Assembly: GCA_951406725.2 (NCBI GenBank)
Contig: OX597816.1
Coordinates: forward strand, 2,666,001 to 2,730,000
Reading direction: 5' to 3'
Length of the DNA stretch: 64,000 nt
Origin: Octopus vulgaris
Lineage: Eukaryota
The position numbers and the translations under genes were made by a program. Positions 51,545 to 64,000 of this stretch are shown here, piece by piece. The notes beneath the pieces are model-generated. The model had not been told where the DNA came from, did not search any database, and worked only from the letters and a program-made list of their open reading frames with translations. Position 1 is the stretch's first letter, and each line of letters opens with the position of its first letter.

Positions 51545-52744
51545 TATTTCATAAAAGTCACTGAATGTAACAAATATGAAAATGTATTTTCGAATCTTAG
51601 CTTAGGTATTCTGTAGCTGTTCATTACAACATTTTCCTTCCAGATAACTTGAAGACAAACGATCAAATTCTAGGAAAAAAAATACAGGGATGCGTTCGAT
51701 GAAAATTGAAGAACGTTCAAAGATATGATTGACAAGTGTGAAGTTACATGTGAATGCGATTTAGAAAGATCCTAAATATCAGGGAAGCGAATCAGAGATG
51801 GTGTATACAAGACAGGAATCAAGAGGGTCCGAATAGCTCGATGTCGTTTTGCGTGCATAATGAGCAGATTGGTTTTGGCTCCGGCGCAGCGTTTAGAGAG
51901 CGTTCGCGATTCAGTAATGAACTGAGAATGCATATGCAAGAGAATGGTGCAGCTGCGGACATTTCATTGAAAGGAGCCGAGGCGAGAGAGTGCATTCTCA
52001 ATCCATCATTAAACTGAAACAATTTCTGGCAGAAGTGTGCATTCGATGGTGTCTTTAAGGAAGTGAGGAAGCCAAGTAAGTTTGGCGTTGTATCGTGTGC
52101 AGTTAAAGTGGGTAATCAAGGACAACGAAGTGTGAGGGACGTGCTGGCACATTGAGACCGGAGAACTTTCTATGTATATGTGACCATCCTGGAGTCTTAT
52201 AGAGATAAGTTGCGTCTGATAGCAAAGGCGCAGAGAGCATGACGTTGGGTCGGGGAAAGACCTGAGTAAGCACAGACATGAGAATAAAGGCACACATATT
52301 GAGGTGTGTGTGTGTATAACTGGGTGTCTGCATGCATATATGTATAAACATTATAGTGCAATGCTGTTTCCTCCTTTGAGATCTCTCGTGGTGCCTCCCT
52401 TGAAGACAAATGCCAGAGACGAAAGAATAATGCAGCTTCATCATCAGACCCTGGACAATCATACGTCTGTCATCGTTGCAATCGGATATGTTGGTTCCAC
52501 ATCGGCCTTATCAGCCACGAACGAGCGTGCTGACGAAGTGGACAGCGAAAGATGTGCAAATATCTGAGAGGAAACATGTAGCGCAGGAATGGCTGTGTGG
52601 TAAGTAGCTTGCTAACCAACCACATGGTTCGGGGTTCAGTCCCACTGCGTGGCATCTTGGGCAAGTGTCTTCTACTATAGCCCCGGGCCGACCAATGCCT
52701 TGTGAGTGGATTTGGTAGACGGAAACTGAAAGAAGCCTGTCGTA

Positions 52745-52807
<63 letters not shown>

Positions 52808-53322
52808 TTGTGTGTCTGTGTTTGTCCCCCTAGCATTGCTTGAGAACCGATGCTGGTGTGTTTACGTCCCCGTTACTTAGCGGTTTGGCAAAAAGAGACC
52901 GATAGAATAAGTACTGGGCTTACAAAGAATAAGTCCCGGGGTCGATTTGCTCGACTAAAGGCAGTGCTCCAGCATGACCGCAGTCAAATGACTGAAACAA
53001 GTAAAAGAGAGTAAAGAGTATAAGCAATAAAGAAAGAAATATGGAATCACAAAGTTGGTGGGAGAAGTGTCCTGTGCAAGAAATCTAATAACGAAATGCA
53101 AGAAGAGAATAGATGTCTGTATGTACAATGTCTGTATGTAGAATGGTCCGTGTAGAATGCAGAATCTGTGCTTCGTTACGTGAGTCGAAAAGTGTGTGAC
53201 TGTCGAAAATGAAACGCTGGCTGGTTTCTATAGTTTCAATGAGTTCTGAATGGACAGCGATTAGTTCTGTATCTGGAGTTAATTCCCACGCATTTTGATC
53301 TGGACTGCGAGTTGCTTATCAT

Positions 53323-53464
53323 TCCACCCTGAAGATGGAGGCCGGATTTACAGGATTGTTTATATGCGTCCACTACTGGTTGCATAACCTTGACGTTTTG
53401 CACATCCCATCTGCCAGCATTATAACTATTACATAATTCCGAGCCTTCAGAAACAGCTGTCGGA
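53323..53464 (+). ncRNA. Hammerhead-like motif with very long stem II insertion and weak stem I
   Basis: CC-CTGAAGA-TGGAGGC CGGA..~90 nt..TCCGA GCCTTCA-GAAA-CAGCTG-TC-GG. Confidence 0.5.
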
Positions 53465-53606
53465 CCTGATATACCATATACTCTCCTCCTAGTTTTCTGT
53501 ATATTTGTACTCCATGCTCATTTTTCTCTGTATGTATATCAATATCCATGTGCTTATACACAAATGTTCATCTGAATATTTTCTCTACTTGTTTCTTTTT
53601 ATATCC

Positions 53607-53674
<68 letters not shown>

Positions 53675-53717
53675 TTGTTGTGCAAGATTTTTTATGTGAA
53701 GTCGTGTGTTGAAACAG

Positions 53718-53960
53718 ATATTGTTATATTTCGGAATGGTCATTTTGCCGGTTTAGCCAATAAAATCACACGCACTATGTATTTGGCGTTACTTTGCTTC
53801 AGTGTTATTTATGCGGTCACAGGAGTGTGACGAAAGAACTCTGGCCAAAATAAGATTAAGATTAATGTAAAAAATAAATAACACTGAAGCAAAGTAACAC
53901 CAAATATATAGTGCGTGTGTTTTTATTCGCTAAACTGGCAAAATGACCATTCCGAAATAT

Positions 53961-53968
<8 letters not shown>
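53718..53968. repeat. ~95-bp imperfect inverted repeat with ~60-nt spacer
   Basis: arms 53718-53812 and 53874-53968 with a few mismatches. Confidence 0.88.
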
Positions 53969-54016
<48 letters not shown>

Positions 54017-54256
54017 GTGTGTGTGTGTGTGTGTATTCTTTTATGCTTTTACTTATTTCAGTCATTTTATTGTGGCCATGCTGGAGCACCGCCTTTAGTC
54101 GAGCAAATCGACCTCAGGACTTATTCTTTGTAAGCCTAGTACTTATTCTATCAGTCTCTTTTGCCGAACCGCTAAGTTACGGGGACGCAAATGCACCAGC
54201 ATCGGTTGTCAAGCGATGCTGCAAGGGGTGTGTGTGACAAACACAGACACAAACAT

Positions 54257-54296
<40 letters not shown>

Positions 54297-55013
54297 ACAC
54301 ACACACACATATATGCGACGGGCTTCTTTCAGTTCTATGTATAAATATATAGTGGAGGCACAATGACCCAGTGGTTAGGGCAGCGGACTCGCAGTCGTAG
54401 GATCGCAGTTTCGATTCCCAGACCGGGCGTTGTGAGTGTTTATTGAGCGAAAACACCTAAAGCTCCACGAGGCTCCGGTAGGGGATGGTGGTGATCCCTG
54501 CTGTACTCTTTCACCACAACTTTCTCTCACTCTTACTTTCTGTTTCTGTTGTACCTGTATTTCAAAAGGGCCGGCCTTGTCACTCTCTGTGTCACGCTGA
54601 ATATCCCCGAGAACTACGTTAAGGGTACACGTGTCTGTGGAGTGCTCAGCCACTTACCCGTTAATTTCACGAGCAGGCTGTTCCGTTGGTCGGATCAACC
54701 GGAACCCTCATCGTCGTAACCGACAGAGTGCTTCCACTGCTGTGCCTGTATGTATATTTATGAGGCGGAGGAGTGTCTAACTGCACCACTGTCCCCATAC
54801 CAGCTTACCTGGATTCGTCCTATAAACCATTCTTTACCCTGCAGCCTTCGTCCTCCATAAACACTTCGGAGTTCAAATCATTTGAGCATTTCTACGCGTT
54901 TCCCGTCCTGACCGTCTCTGCATCTCACCTCTTCACTCTCTCTTTCTCTTTCTATATTTATGCCTCTGTCTGTCTGTCTCTGTCTCTCTCTCTTTATATA
55001 TATATATATATCT

Positions 55014-55229
<216 letters not shown>

Positions 55230-55775
55230 ATAGAATATATGTGTGTGTATGTGTGTGTGTGTGTGTGTGTGCTTGTCTGTGTGCAGAATATATGTATGTA
55301 TATCGTTTCAAGACCTTGTACAAGGCATCTAAAAGATTATATTTAAATATTTTGTGGTATAAAATTCGTGCTGAAACCTCCTCTAAATTTGTAATACAAT
55401 AAGTGCCATTTATTTATTTATTCCTTTATAATTCTATTCTCTGATTAAACGAGAGTTTGCTCGTCTCATTGAATGTGTTTGTGTTAAGAGGACGTAACGG
55501 AGGTTTTATCTACTTGTATACACACGAAATTGGATCGCCTTCCGGTACGAAATTTTTCGAATTTTACAAAACATAAAATAATCTCAAGTAATCTTTTGTA
55601 ATTTTGTCCTCTACACATGTTTAATAATTCGTTGCCAGTGATTCTTTATAAAGACGAAGCCAAACTACTCCAAGATATTTCAAAGAAGATTTTATCACTT
55701 TTGTCATTGACAAAATATCGAATCTCTACTAAATTATATTGAGATCTTTAACTTTGTAACATGATTTATATCATA

Positions 55776-56145
55776 CTAGCAGTATCGCCCGGCGTTGCTC
55801 GGGTTTGTAAGGGAAATAACTATAAAGCATTTTTAGAGAGTTATAGCCAAAAAATGGAAAAAAAATGATGGTAAATTTTTTTTAGTTAAAAAGGTCGAGT
55901 TGCGTCCCCTAGACAGTCTGTGGTTTGTGTTTCTGATTCTCGACCCCATGTCGAATTTATTGATTTTTTTCAGAACTGGGGGAACTTTTCAAAATTTTCG
56001 CTGCGTTAGTTTTGAATTATGACATTGGGCTATGTGTGTGTCAAGTTTCATCAGAATCGGTTGAAAGCCGTGGTCAGGGTGAGGGTACAACCTAACAGAC
56101 ACACAGAAACACACAGAGACAAACTGCCGTTTATATATAGAGAGA
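55776..56145 (-). mobile_element. Non-autonomous Helitron (same family as 51161-51544)
   Basis: reverse-complement termini CTAG...AGAGA. Confidence 0.85.
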
Positions 56146-57195
56146 CTAGCAGAGATACCCGGTGTTGCCCGGTTACATTCAATTGAAGAATTAGACTTTT
56201 CTGTTATATTTTCTGAATGAACTGGAATATCTATGTTTCGAATTTCATCAAAATTGCAGATAAGGGTTATTTCCCTTTTTACACACCCTAAAAAAATTGT
56301 AATCGTGCCACATGGAAACCAAAAGACGAATGGTCACAATAAGCAGTCAGTTACCCTACACTAGTCGTTACCACTCCCAATGTAGGATTACTCACCATCC
56401 AGGTGACAGGCACAGCCGTAAGATGCATTACGAATCTATAGCAATTGGAAGGGCGTGACCCAACTGAAATCAACATTAACAACTGTGTGATGTGAGGGCT
56501 AAGGAGAAATTAAAGTGTCACCTCTGGAGTTTGCAAATGACCACTATACTGATACGTAACTGGACAGAATGAATTTAAAATCTATAAATGCCTTTGAATA
56601 ACCAGTCACTAATCTGGGAAGGCCTTGTAATCAATGTTACCATCTGGGGACTATGTGTGACCGAGTGATAATAAAAAGACTGAAAGGAGGTCTGCAATCA
56701 AATAACTTAACTCAACACTTTGCAACTGAATCAGTGGAGACAAAGATGCCTCTCATTTACTTAACAATTTATGCACTACATTGCAGAAATCCCAATGTAA
56801 GTGTATGTCAAAGCAAACTGTTACACTGTTGTACAACTGAATTAGAAATAATGCCCAACTTTTATGCTCGGGTAACCCTACAGCTTCCAAGAGCACAACT
56901 GTATTCGTTTTTGCTTAGATAAAATGACAAAATTATGGGTGTTAAGTCCCCAATGAAGGGGTCTTTCTAACTTTGTAAGAAGATGAAATTTTATAAATAT
57001 TACTTCATTTGTGTCTAATATCTATGGTTAAAATTTCATCAACAGCAAAAATATATGAATTGTCATGGGGGTTATGGCCCTTATGCTTAGAATATAATTT
57101 CCAAATATCATAAAGATCCATTCAGTACTTTTGATCTAGTTTTGGATCATAAAAGAAATGACTAAAATTTTGGAGCTAAGGCTCCCATTAGGGTG

Positions 57196-57250
<55 letters not shown>

Positions 57251-57256
57251 ATAAGA
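56146..57256 (-). mobile_element. Second Helitron-like element directly abutting the previous one
   Basis: 3' end on the minus strand CCGGGCAACACCGGGTATCTCTGCTAG; putative 5' TCTTATTATAAATATA at ~57256. Confidence 0.6.
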
Positions 57257-57565
57257 TTAGCTCGTATACGAGTGGGTATATATTTGTAAAAAATGAAGTT
57301 TGAAAATGCTGTTATATTGGACAAATTTTAATTTTACATGTTTCGGTTCTTGAAATAACGAACCTTATCAAAAAATTTTTTTTATATAATAAAGAGAGAC
57401 CATGATATATGTTTAAAGAGTATGATGTAATAGTTCATAATTGTGACATACATTCAATAGAGTCAAATATTAAAAATTCATGTTCTTGAAAAGGCGAGGA
57501 GTTCATTATAGATTTTACCTTGTGTTCCAATGGGAGCAACAGTAATGATTTTTGGTCGGCGTCTG

Positions 57566-57620
<55 letters not shown>

Positions 57621-57912
57621 TAGATATAGATATATACACACACACAAAAGGACAAATTGATAGATACAACTGAGTGGGTAAACAAAAATATGAGACACAG
57701 CCTAATGCTTTTTATGTTGATAAGCCTAGTACTTATTCTTTCAGTTTGTTCTTGTGAAACCAGTAAGTTTTGTGGATGTAAATAAATGAAAAGCAGTTGT
57801 GAAGCAGTGATGAGGGCGAAACACAGACACAAAGACACACGCATACACTTACATATATACATATATATACGATTGATTTGTTTCAGTTCCTGTCTACGAA
57901 ATCCATATATAT

Positions 57913-60628
57913 TGTTGTTGGCATCCTTTTTGTCTCGGGAGACAATGGAGTTGCGCATAAAATAATCTAGTCCGGCTTTTACATTGCATGTCCTAATACA
58001 TCTCCTGCTGTGGCTGTGTAGTCCTATATGGACAAACACTCCCCCTGGCAGGTTCCACAAATGTAGCGAAGACTTTGCCTGGCTGGTTGTAATGTCATAC
58101 TTTCTTGTTGACGTCTTTTCTTGTCTTTCCATTTCTCCTTTCTCACTATGTCACTCCTTTGTGTTCCCTCTTTTACGGTACGTCGCCAATCTCCACGGTT
58201 GCTGGCAACTCCTTCCAAGTTGGCAATATTGATGTTGCAGGCATTCATGTCCCTTTTGCAAACATCCTTGTATCGTAAGAACGGTCTTCCCACAGACCTA
58301 GTGCCCCTAGCAAACTCTCTGTTAAGTATGTCCTTGGGGATTCTGCCATCTTCCATACGGCTAACATGTCGAAGCCATCTCATACGTCTTTGTGTGAGGA
58401 GTGTAAACATGCTTGGTATTCCTGCTTGCTTGAGGACATCTTTGTCGGGGACATGATTCTGCCATTTGATGCGAAGGATTTTCCGGAGGCAGCGCAGGTG
58501 AAAGATATTTAGGCGACGTATGGCGTCGTATGGCGTGTGTATGGCATCCAAGTCTCACTTCCATACAGTAGAGTGCTGAGTACACATGCCTGGTAAACCT
58601 TCATTTGTGTGGTTTTGGTCAGCTTATTGTTGTCCCATGCCCATTTGGAGAGTTGGGCCATCACAGCAGCTGCCTTGCCAATGCGTATATGTAGGTGACG
58701 GTAGAGCTAAGATAGGTAAAATTCTCCACCTCTTGTAGTCTGTGGTCTCCTATATGTATGTTTGGGATGTCCGATGTAGCCTGACCCATGATGTTGGTCT
58801 TCTTGAGGCTGATAACTAAGCCAAAGTCGCTACATGCTTGGTCAAAACAGTTGATGAGCCTTTGTAGGGCTTCTTCTGTGTGTGATACCAGAGCGGCATC
58901 ATCAGCAAATAGCATCTCCTTGATCAGGACGCTTCTGATTTTGGTCTTGGCACGCAGACGCGAGAGATTGAACAGTTCCCCATCACTTCTACTGTGCAGA
59001 AACACTCCATCATCTGATGTCACAAAGGCATGTGACAGCAGCAGCGAGAAGAAGATGCCAAATAATGTAGGAGCAGGGACACAACCTTGCTTTACCCCAT
59101 TTTTTATTTGGAAGGCGGCTGATGTTGAACCATTGTGCTGTATGGTGCCTTGCATATCATCATGGAAAGATGTGATGATCCTCAGCAGCTTTGGTGGACA
59201 TCCGATTTTTTAGAGCAGGATGAAGAGGCCTTTTCTACTTACCAAGTCAAAGGCCTTTGTCAGATCAATGAAGGCCATATATAATGGCATTTTCTGCTCT
59301 CTGGACTTCTCCGGAAGTTGGCGTATGGAGAATATAATGTCAATAGTTGATCTGCTTCTTCTAAAGCCACACTGCAATTCTGGATAAATTCGAGAAGCAA
59401 GCAGTTGCAGCCTGGACAGGATAATACGAGCAGAGGCCTTAGAAGAGATATTCCAGAGCTTAGAAGAGATATTCCACGGTAATTGTCACAATCACCACGG
59501 TCACCTTTGTTTTTGTAAAGCGTAATGATGTTAGCATCCCGCATATCCTGAGGGACTGTACCCTCTTCCCAGCACTGACACAGAAGCTCATGAATGTGCC
59601 GAAGCAGGATGGTGTTTTTGCCGGTTTTGATGATCTCTAAGGGGATGCCGTCTTTTCCCGGAGCCTTGTTACTTGCTAGGGAATCAATAGCCTTGGTGAG
59701 CTCTACTATAGATGGCAGACTGTGAAGTTCACACATGACTGGCAAGATCTTGACACCCTCGATTGCAGCCTCAGCTACCGTGGTCTCTCGTGAGTAGAGA
59801 TCATGGTAGTACTCCACCCATCTATCCATTTGCTTGCTTTGGTCCTTGATGAGATCCCCAGTAGTTGATTTCAGAGGGGCTGACTTGGTTGCGGATGGAC
59901 CGAGGGCCTTCTTCAAACCGGCATATATCCCACGGTTGTCGCCACTGTCAGCAGCTGACTGGATACTCTGACAGATTTCCTGCCAATACCTATTTGCACA
60001 GCGTCTGGCAGTCAGTTGGGTTTTATCTCTTGCCTTTCTGAGTTCTTCGAGTGACTTTATAGAAGAATCAATCTTGTATTACATCAGAGCTGCACGCTTT
60101 GTTTCGATAACTGTTTCCAGCTCTGAGAGCCCAGCACTGAACAAAATCTGGGTTTTGCCTTTCTCTCATGCCGAAAGTATCTATTGATGTGGTATACAAA
60201 GCTTCCCTGATATAATTCCACCTACTTTCAGCAGAGGTGGTTGGGCAGCTACTGAGGGCAACTTTGTTAGAAACAGCAAAACATTGTCGCAGTGTAGGGT
60301 CGGAGGTTCTGGCAGTGTTAATGCCTGGTCGGCCCATTTTCTTGAAGTGATGGACTTTCTTAGGCAGAATCCTCACCCTGCTTCTTATTAGTGAATGATC
60401 CGTGTCACAATCCGCGCTGTGGTAACTACGGGTCAGTCGAACATAATTCAGAAAGGGTCTTCGTGTAATGATGAGATCCAGCTGATGCCAGTGGTGAGAT
60501 CTTGGATGTCTCCAAGATGCCTTGTGGGATGTCTTGTTGGCAAAGAACTTGTTGGTGATGCACAGGTTATGGTATGTGCAAAATTCAAGCAGTCTCTGGT
60601 CGTTGTCATTCATGTTGCCAATACCAAA
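57913..60628 (-). mobile_element. RTE-clade LINE, 5'-truncated and frameshifted (APE end plus RT)
   Basis: [34 protein letters not shown]; KAPGKDGIP; NYRGISLLS; GVKQGCVPAPTLF; FADDAAL; RWLRHVSRMEDGRIPK; (CAA)n tail. Confidence 0.92.
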
Positions 60629-60696
60629 ACACATACACTTACATATATACATACATATATATACGATCGATTTGTTTCAGTTCCTGTCTACGAAAT

Positions 60697-60781
<85 letters not shown>

Positions 60782-61362
60782 TGCATACACACACATGCAT
60801 ACATATATATTTTGGAATTTACAAAACAAACGAACAAAAGACGAAGACGGGTGTGTAAACAGCAAACAGGTTTATTAGTTTAACGCTCCGGACTTAGGAA
60901 AATTTATCTAGGGAGTTCTACTAATTTTAAAATTAGATATAGGGGACACAAGAATTCATTTATTCACCCCTATATAAAAATATTACAGACATTTTAGTAT
61001 GTTGTAAGCATAAATATTTAGCGTCTTATAATTTTCTTAAACTTTAAAATATAATTTTTTAGAATATAAAAACGTTTTGAAAATACGGTCCAATTAGATC
61101 ATTAGATCCAATGAACACTTATGCACAAACCTGTAATCTTAAATTATTTTTTTATAGTAGAGAGTGGAATATTCCCATTGGATATTATTTGCATGATTAA
61201 CTAAAGTTAATCTTTCAATGAATTTCATTTCTTATTTAAACGTGGTAATCGTCTTGAAAATCTATCACTTATTCATCGATACTCAAAAACTGAACTTTCA
61301 CCAACTGAATACTCACCATGTAGTGCCTTAATGCTTTTTGCTGGATTTTCCCTCGAGAAAGG

Positions 61363-61430
61363 AACCCTGAGGAAGGAGGGCTGAATTTCGAATACTTCAT
61401 ACAACCACTTTTCTGAAACGGCTGCAGGTT
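61363..61430 (+). ncRNA. Degenerate hammerhead-like motif
   Basis: AACC-CTGAGGA-AGGAG..CTTTTCT-GAAA-CGGCTG-CA-GGTT; cleavage triplet GCA rather than GUA. Confidence 0.45.
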
Positions 61431-61510
61431 ATGAAAAAAATTTAATTGCCTCTTTCAATTTAGGTTTTTATTTTTCATGTTTATATTCATATTTCATTGT
61501 TATGTTTATA

Positions 61511-62076
61511 TTGGGTTGTCCGGAAAGTTCGTTCCGATTTTTAAAGGAAAGTAAAGGTCACTAAATACTTGCCATTACATTTTTAATCAACCAAGTCTGA
61601 ACCATTTCGTTGCACAATACGTCTCCATCTTTCCTTTACCTTGAAAATACCCTCTTCCCAGAATTGGGGTGGTTTCAAGGCAAAGAATTCGTCAAAGTAT
61701 CTTTTTACGTCATCCAAGGAATTGAAATTTTTACCATTAAGACTATTCTGCAGAGACCTGAATAAGTGGAAATCCGAAGGAGCAATATCTGCGAAATAGG
61801 GAGGGTGGGGGTAACACATCCCAACTGAGTTGCAGCAATTTTTGTCTGGTTCCCAAAGTATCAAGTGCCGAAAATGAACTTTCCCATCTTTTATTTTAAA
61901 GGGTTACAGAATTAACACAGATTATAGGAACATAAACCTTCTTCCACGAAAAGATAGCTTAAACTGTGCTCTAAATGGAGGTGTAGTCAAATCCTAGTTT
62001 ATGGACTGAAACATGTTCTAAAATAAGTCGAAAAATAAGCTACTATAAATCGGCACGAACTTTCCGGACAACCCAA
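61511..62076 (-). mobile_element. Internally deleted mariner element
   Basis: TA|TTGGGTTGTCCGGAAAGTTCG ... CGAACTTTCCGGACAACCCAA|TA; HPPYFADIAPSDFHLFRSLQNSL. Confidence 0.92.
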
Positions 62077-62304
62077 TATTTCTATATTTTTATCATGCAA
62101 CTCTTAACATAAATATGTGTATATTCGTATGGAATAATACCTCATGCGCTACATCTGAATTTTCTTGTCTGAATGTTTTAAGACAAATATCCGAAATTTT
62201 TATCGTATACCACATTTTATTAATACTTAGCTCATATACGGAGACAAAAATTTTGTACTATATACTGCAGGTTATCTCCATTAAAATTCTCGTATATATA
62301 TACA

Positions 62305-63030
62305 CACTGGCGAAAATAAATTTAAGACCGATGATAAAAGTTCTATTTCTTACAAAATATTCTGTTACTAGTCCTTTGCCGATTTTTATATTGATCGGTC
62401 TCCGAGTATAACTTCCACGCTTGCACGCAAGCCGGTTTACTGCACTTTAGTTGCTTGCTGATGTTCGAAAAGGAAACTTTTTGCTGTAATATACGATTTT
62501 TGCTCTCGAGACTGGACTAAGGCTACGTTGTTTCCCATTATTAATAAATTGTATAATAACATTAAATTATAACTATATATGGTGCATTTAGGCTCGTTGT
62601 GTGACCACCCATTTTGGTAAAAAAAATTGCATTCATATTACATGGTCTTAAACTAATTTTGTCGGTAAATTTGAAACGTTTATATTACGTTCTGAGTTAA
62701 AATTCCGTCGAGGTCGACTTTGCCTTTCATCCTTTCGGAGTCGATAAATAAAGTACCAGTTACGCTCTGGGGTCGATGTAATCGACTTAATCCATTTGTC
62801 TGTCCTTGTTTGTCCCCTCTATGTTTAGCCCCTTGTGGGCAGTAAAGAAATATATATTAATTTAGCATTAGAATTCTTCAAGTTGTATAAAAATTGTTTG
62901 TATCATTCGAAAGAGAAATAAATTTTGCATAAGGTGTAAAAGATATAAATAATTTGTATGGTGTTAGTAACAACATATTTTGTAAGAAATAGAACTTTTA
63001 TCGTCGGTCCTAAATATATTTTCGCCGGTG
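62305..63030. mobile_element. Tc1/mariner-type MITE with ~65-bp TIRs and a SINE insertion
   Basis: CACTGGCGAAAATAAATTTAAGACCGATGATAAAAGTTCTATTTC ... GAAATAGAACTTTTATCGTCGGTCCTAAATATATTTTCGCCGGTG|TA. Confidence 0.8.
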
Positions 63031-63038
63031 TATATATC

Positions 63039-64000
63039 TCAGGTCATCCCATAAGTTCTGTCCGAATTTTGGATAAAGAATCCAAGTGATCAAATGTTAT
63101 ATTTAATTGAAGGTTAATCATCAATGTACTTTCCCTGATTATCTATGACTTACTTCCATCTATTTACAAGCTTTTTAATTCCATCAATGTAAAACTCTTT
63201 TGGTTTCAAAGCGAAGAACTCTGAAATGTCAGGTTCGACCTCCTCCTGGCTTGCGAAAGTTGTGTCCCCCTAATAATTCTGTAAACTATGGAACAAATGG
63301 TATCCTGAAGGAGTAAGGTCGGGAGAGTAAGTTGGATGAAGAAATTTTTCCAAACCGACCTCTTCGATCTTCTGTGATGTGATCTTTGCAGTGTGGGGTT
63401 GCGCATTGTCCTGATGAAACATCACTCGTTTTCGACTCACTAAAGCGGCTCTTTTTCCCTTCAAAGCTTGGTTCAAACACTCTAATTGCTGACAGTAGAT
63501 TTGAGCATTGATTGTTGCATTAGGTGGTAACAATATAAAGTGAATTACGCCTTTGCAATCGCACCAGATAGAGTAGAACCTTTTTCCCATGAAGTTCCTT
63601 TTTCGGTTGTGGTTGAGCATTTTCCCTTTTACCAAGCCACTGTTTACGACGTTTAACATTTCGATAGAAAATCCATTTTTCGTCACAAGTCTATCGAAAA
63701 AGGGTGAAATGGGTTTGCGAGAATGGAGAGAAGAGGAGATGTCAACTCGGGATTTGCGGTTGCTTTCGGACAATACATGAGGCACCTATTTTCCAAGTTT
63801 AGGAATCTTTCCAAGTTGTTGAAGATGACGATGAACTGTTGTATGGTTTGAAGTAAGCTTTATTGCCAATTCTTCAACTGATAATGACGGATTTTCTTCA
63901 AGTAATGCCTCAAGGAGCTTATCATCAAACTCAACTGGACATCCTATTCGATCTTCATCTTCAATTTTGCAAACGATCTCCTGCAAGTTCTTTCATTCAA
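63039..64000 (-). mobile_element. Frameshifted mariner transposase, runs off the window end
   Basis: FHQDNAQPHTA...HPTYSPDLTPSGYHLFHSLQNY; HTH region LSVEELAIKLTSNHTTVHRHLQQLGK. Confidence 0.92.

Noticed and set aside
52525-52560. CTGACGA...GAAA hammerhead candidate
   Set aside because: No stem I complement and only a 2-bp stem II

Overview
AT-rich, repeat-dense animal genomic DNA. The repeat content (tRNA-SINEs with (GAT)n tails, very abundant microsatellites) suggests an octopod cephalopod; this is inference. Bases ~3.1-21.3 kb hold the last nine coding exons of a PPIL4 orthologue on the + strand (cyclophilin C-terminus, RRM, Lys-rich segment, RS-like tail). Its 5' exons lie outside the window. 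Two features of this gene stand out: a U12-type intron (14636-15703), and a ~41-copy 90/91-bp minisatellite (15863-19596) created by tandem amplification of an exon/intron boundary, so every unit carries a copy of the 5' splice site and a potential in-frame 54-nt mini-exon. The rest (~21.4-64 kb) has no recognisable host gene. It consists of mariner/Tc1, piggyBac, hAT, Helitron, RTE, CR1 and R4-like remnants, SINEs and microsatellites. It also holds about eight sequence-unrelated minimal type I hammerhead-ribozyme(-like) motifs of the Penelope-associated kind: two have intact cores, and one lies inside a TSD-flanked tRNA-headed element. Repeat boundaries are approximate unless TIRs or TSDs are quoted.
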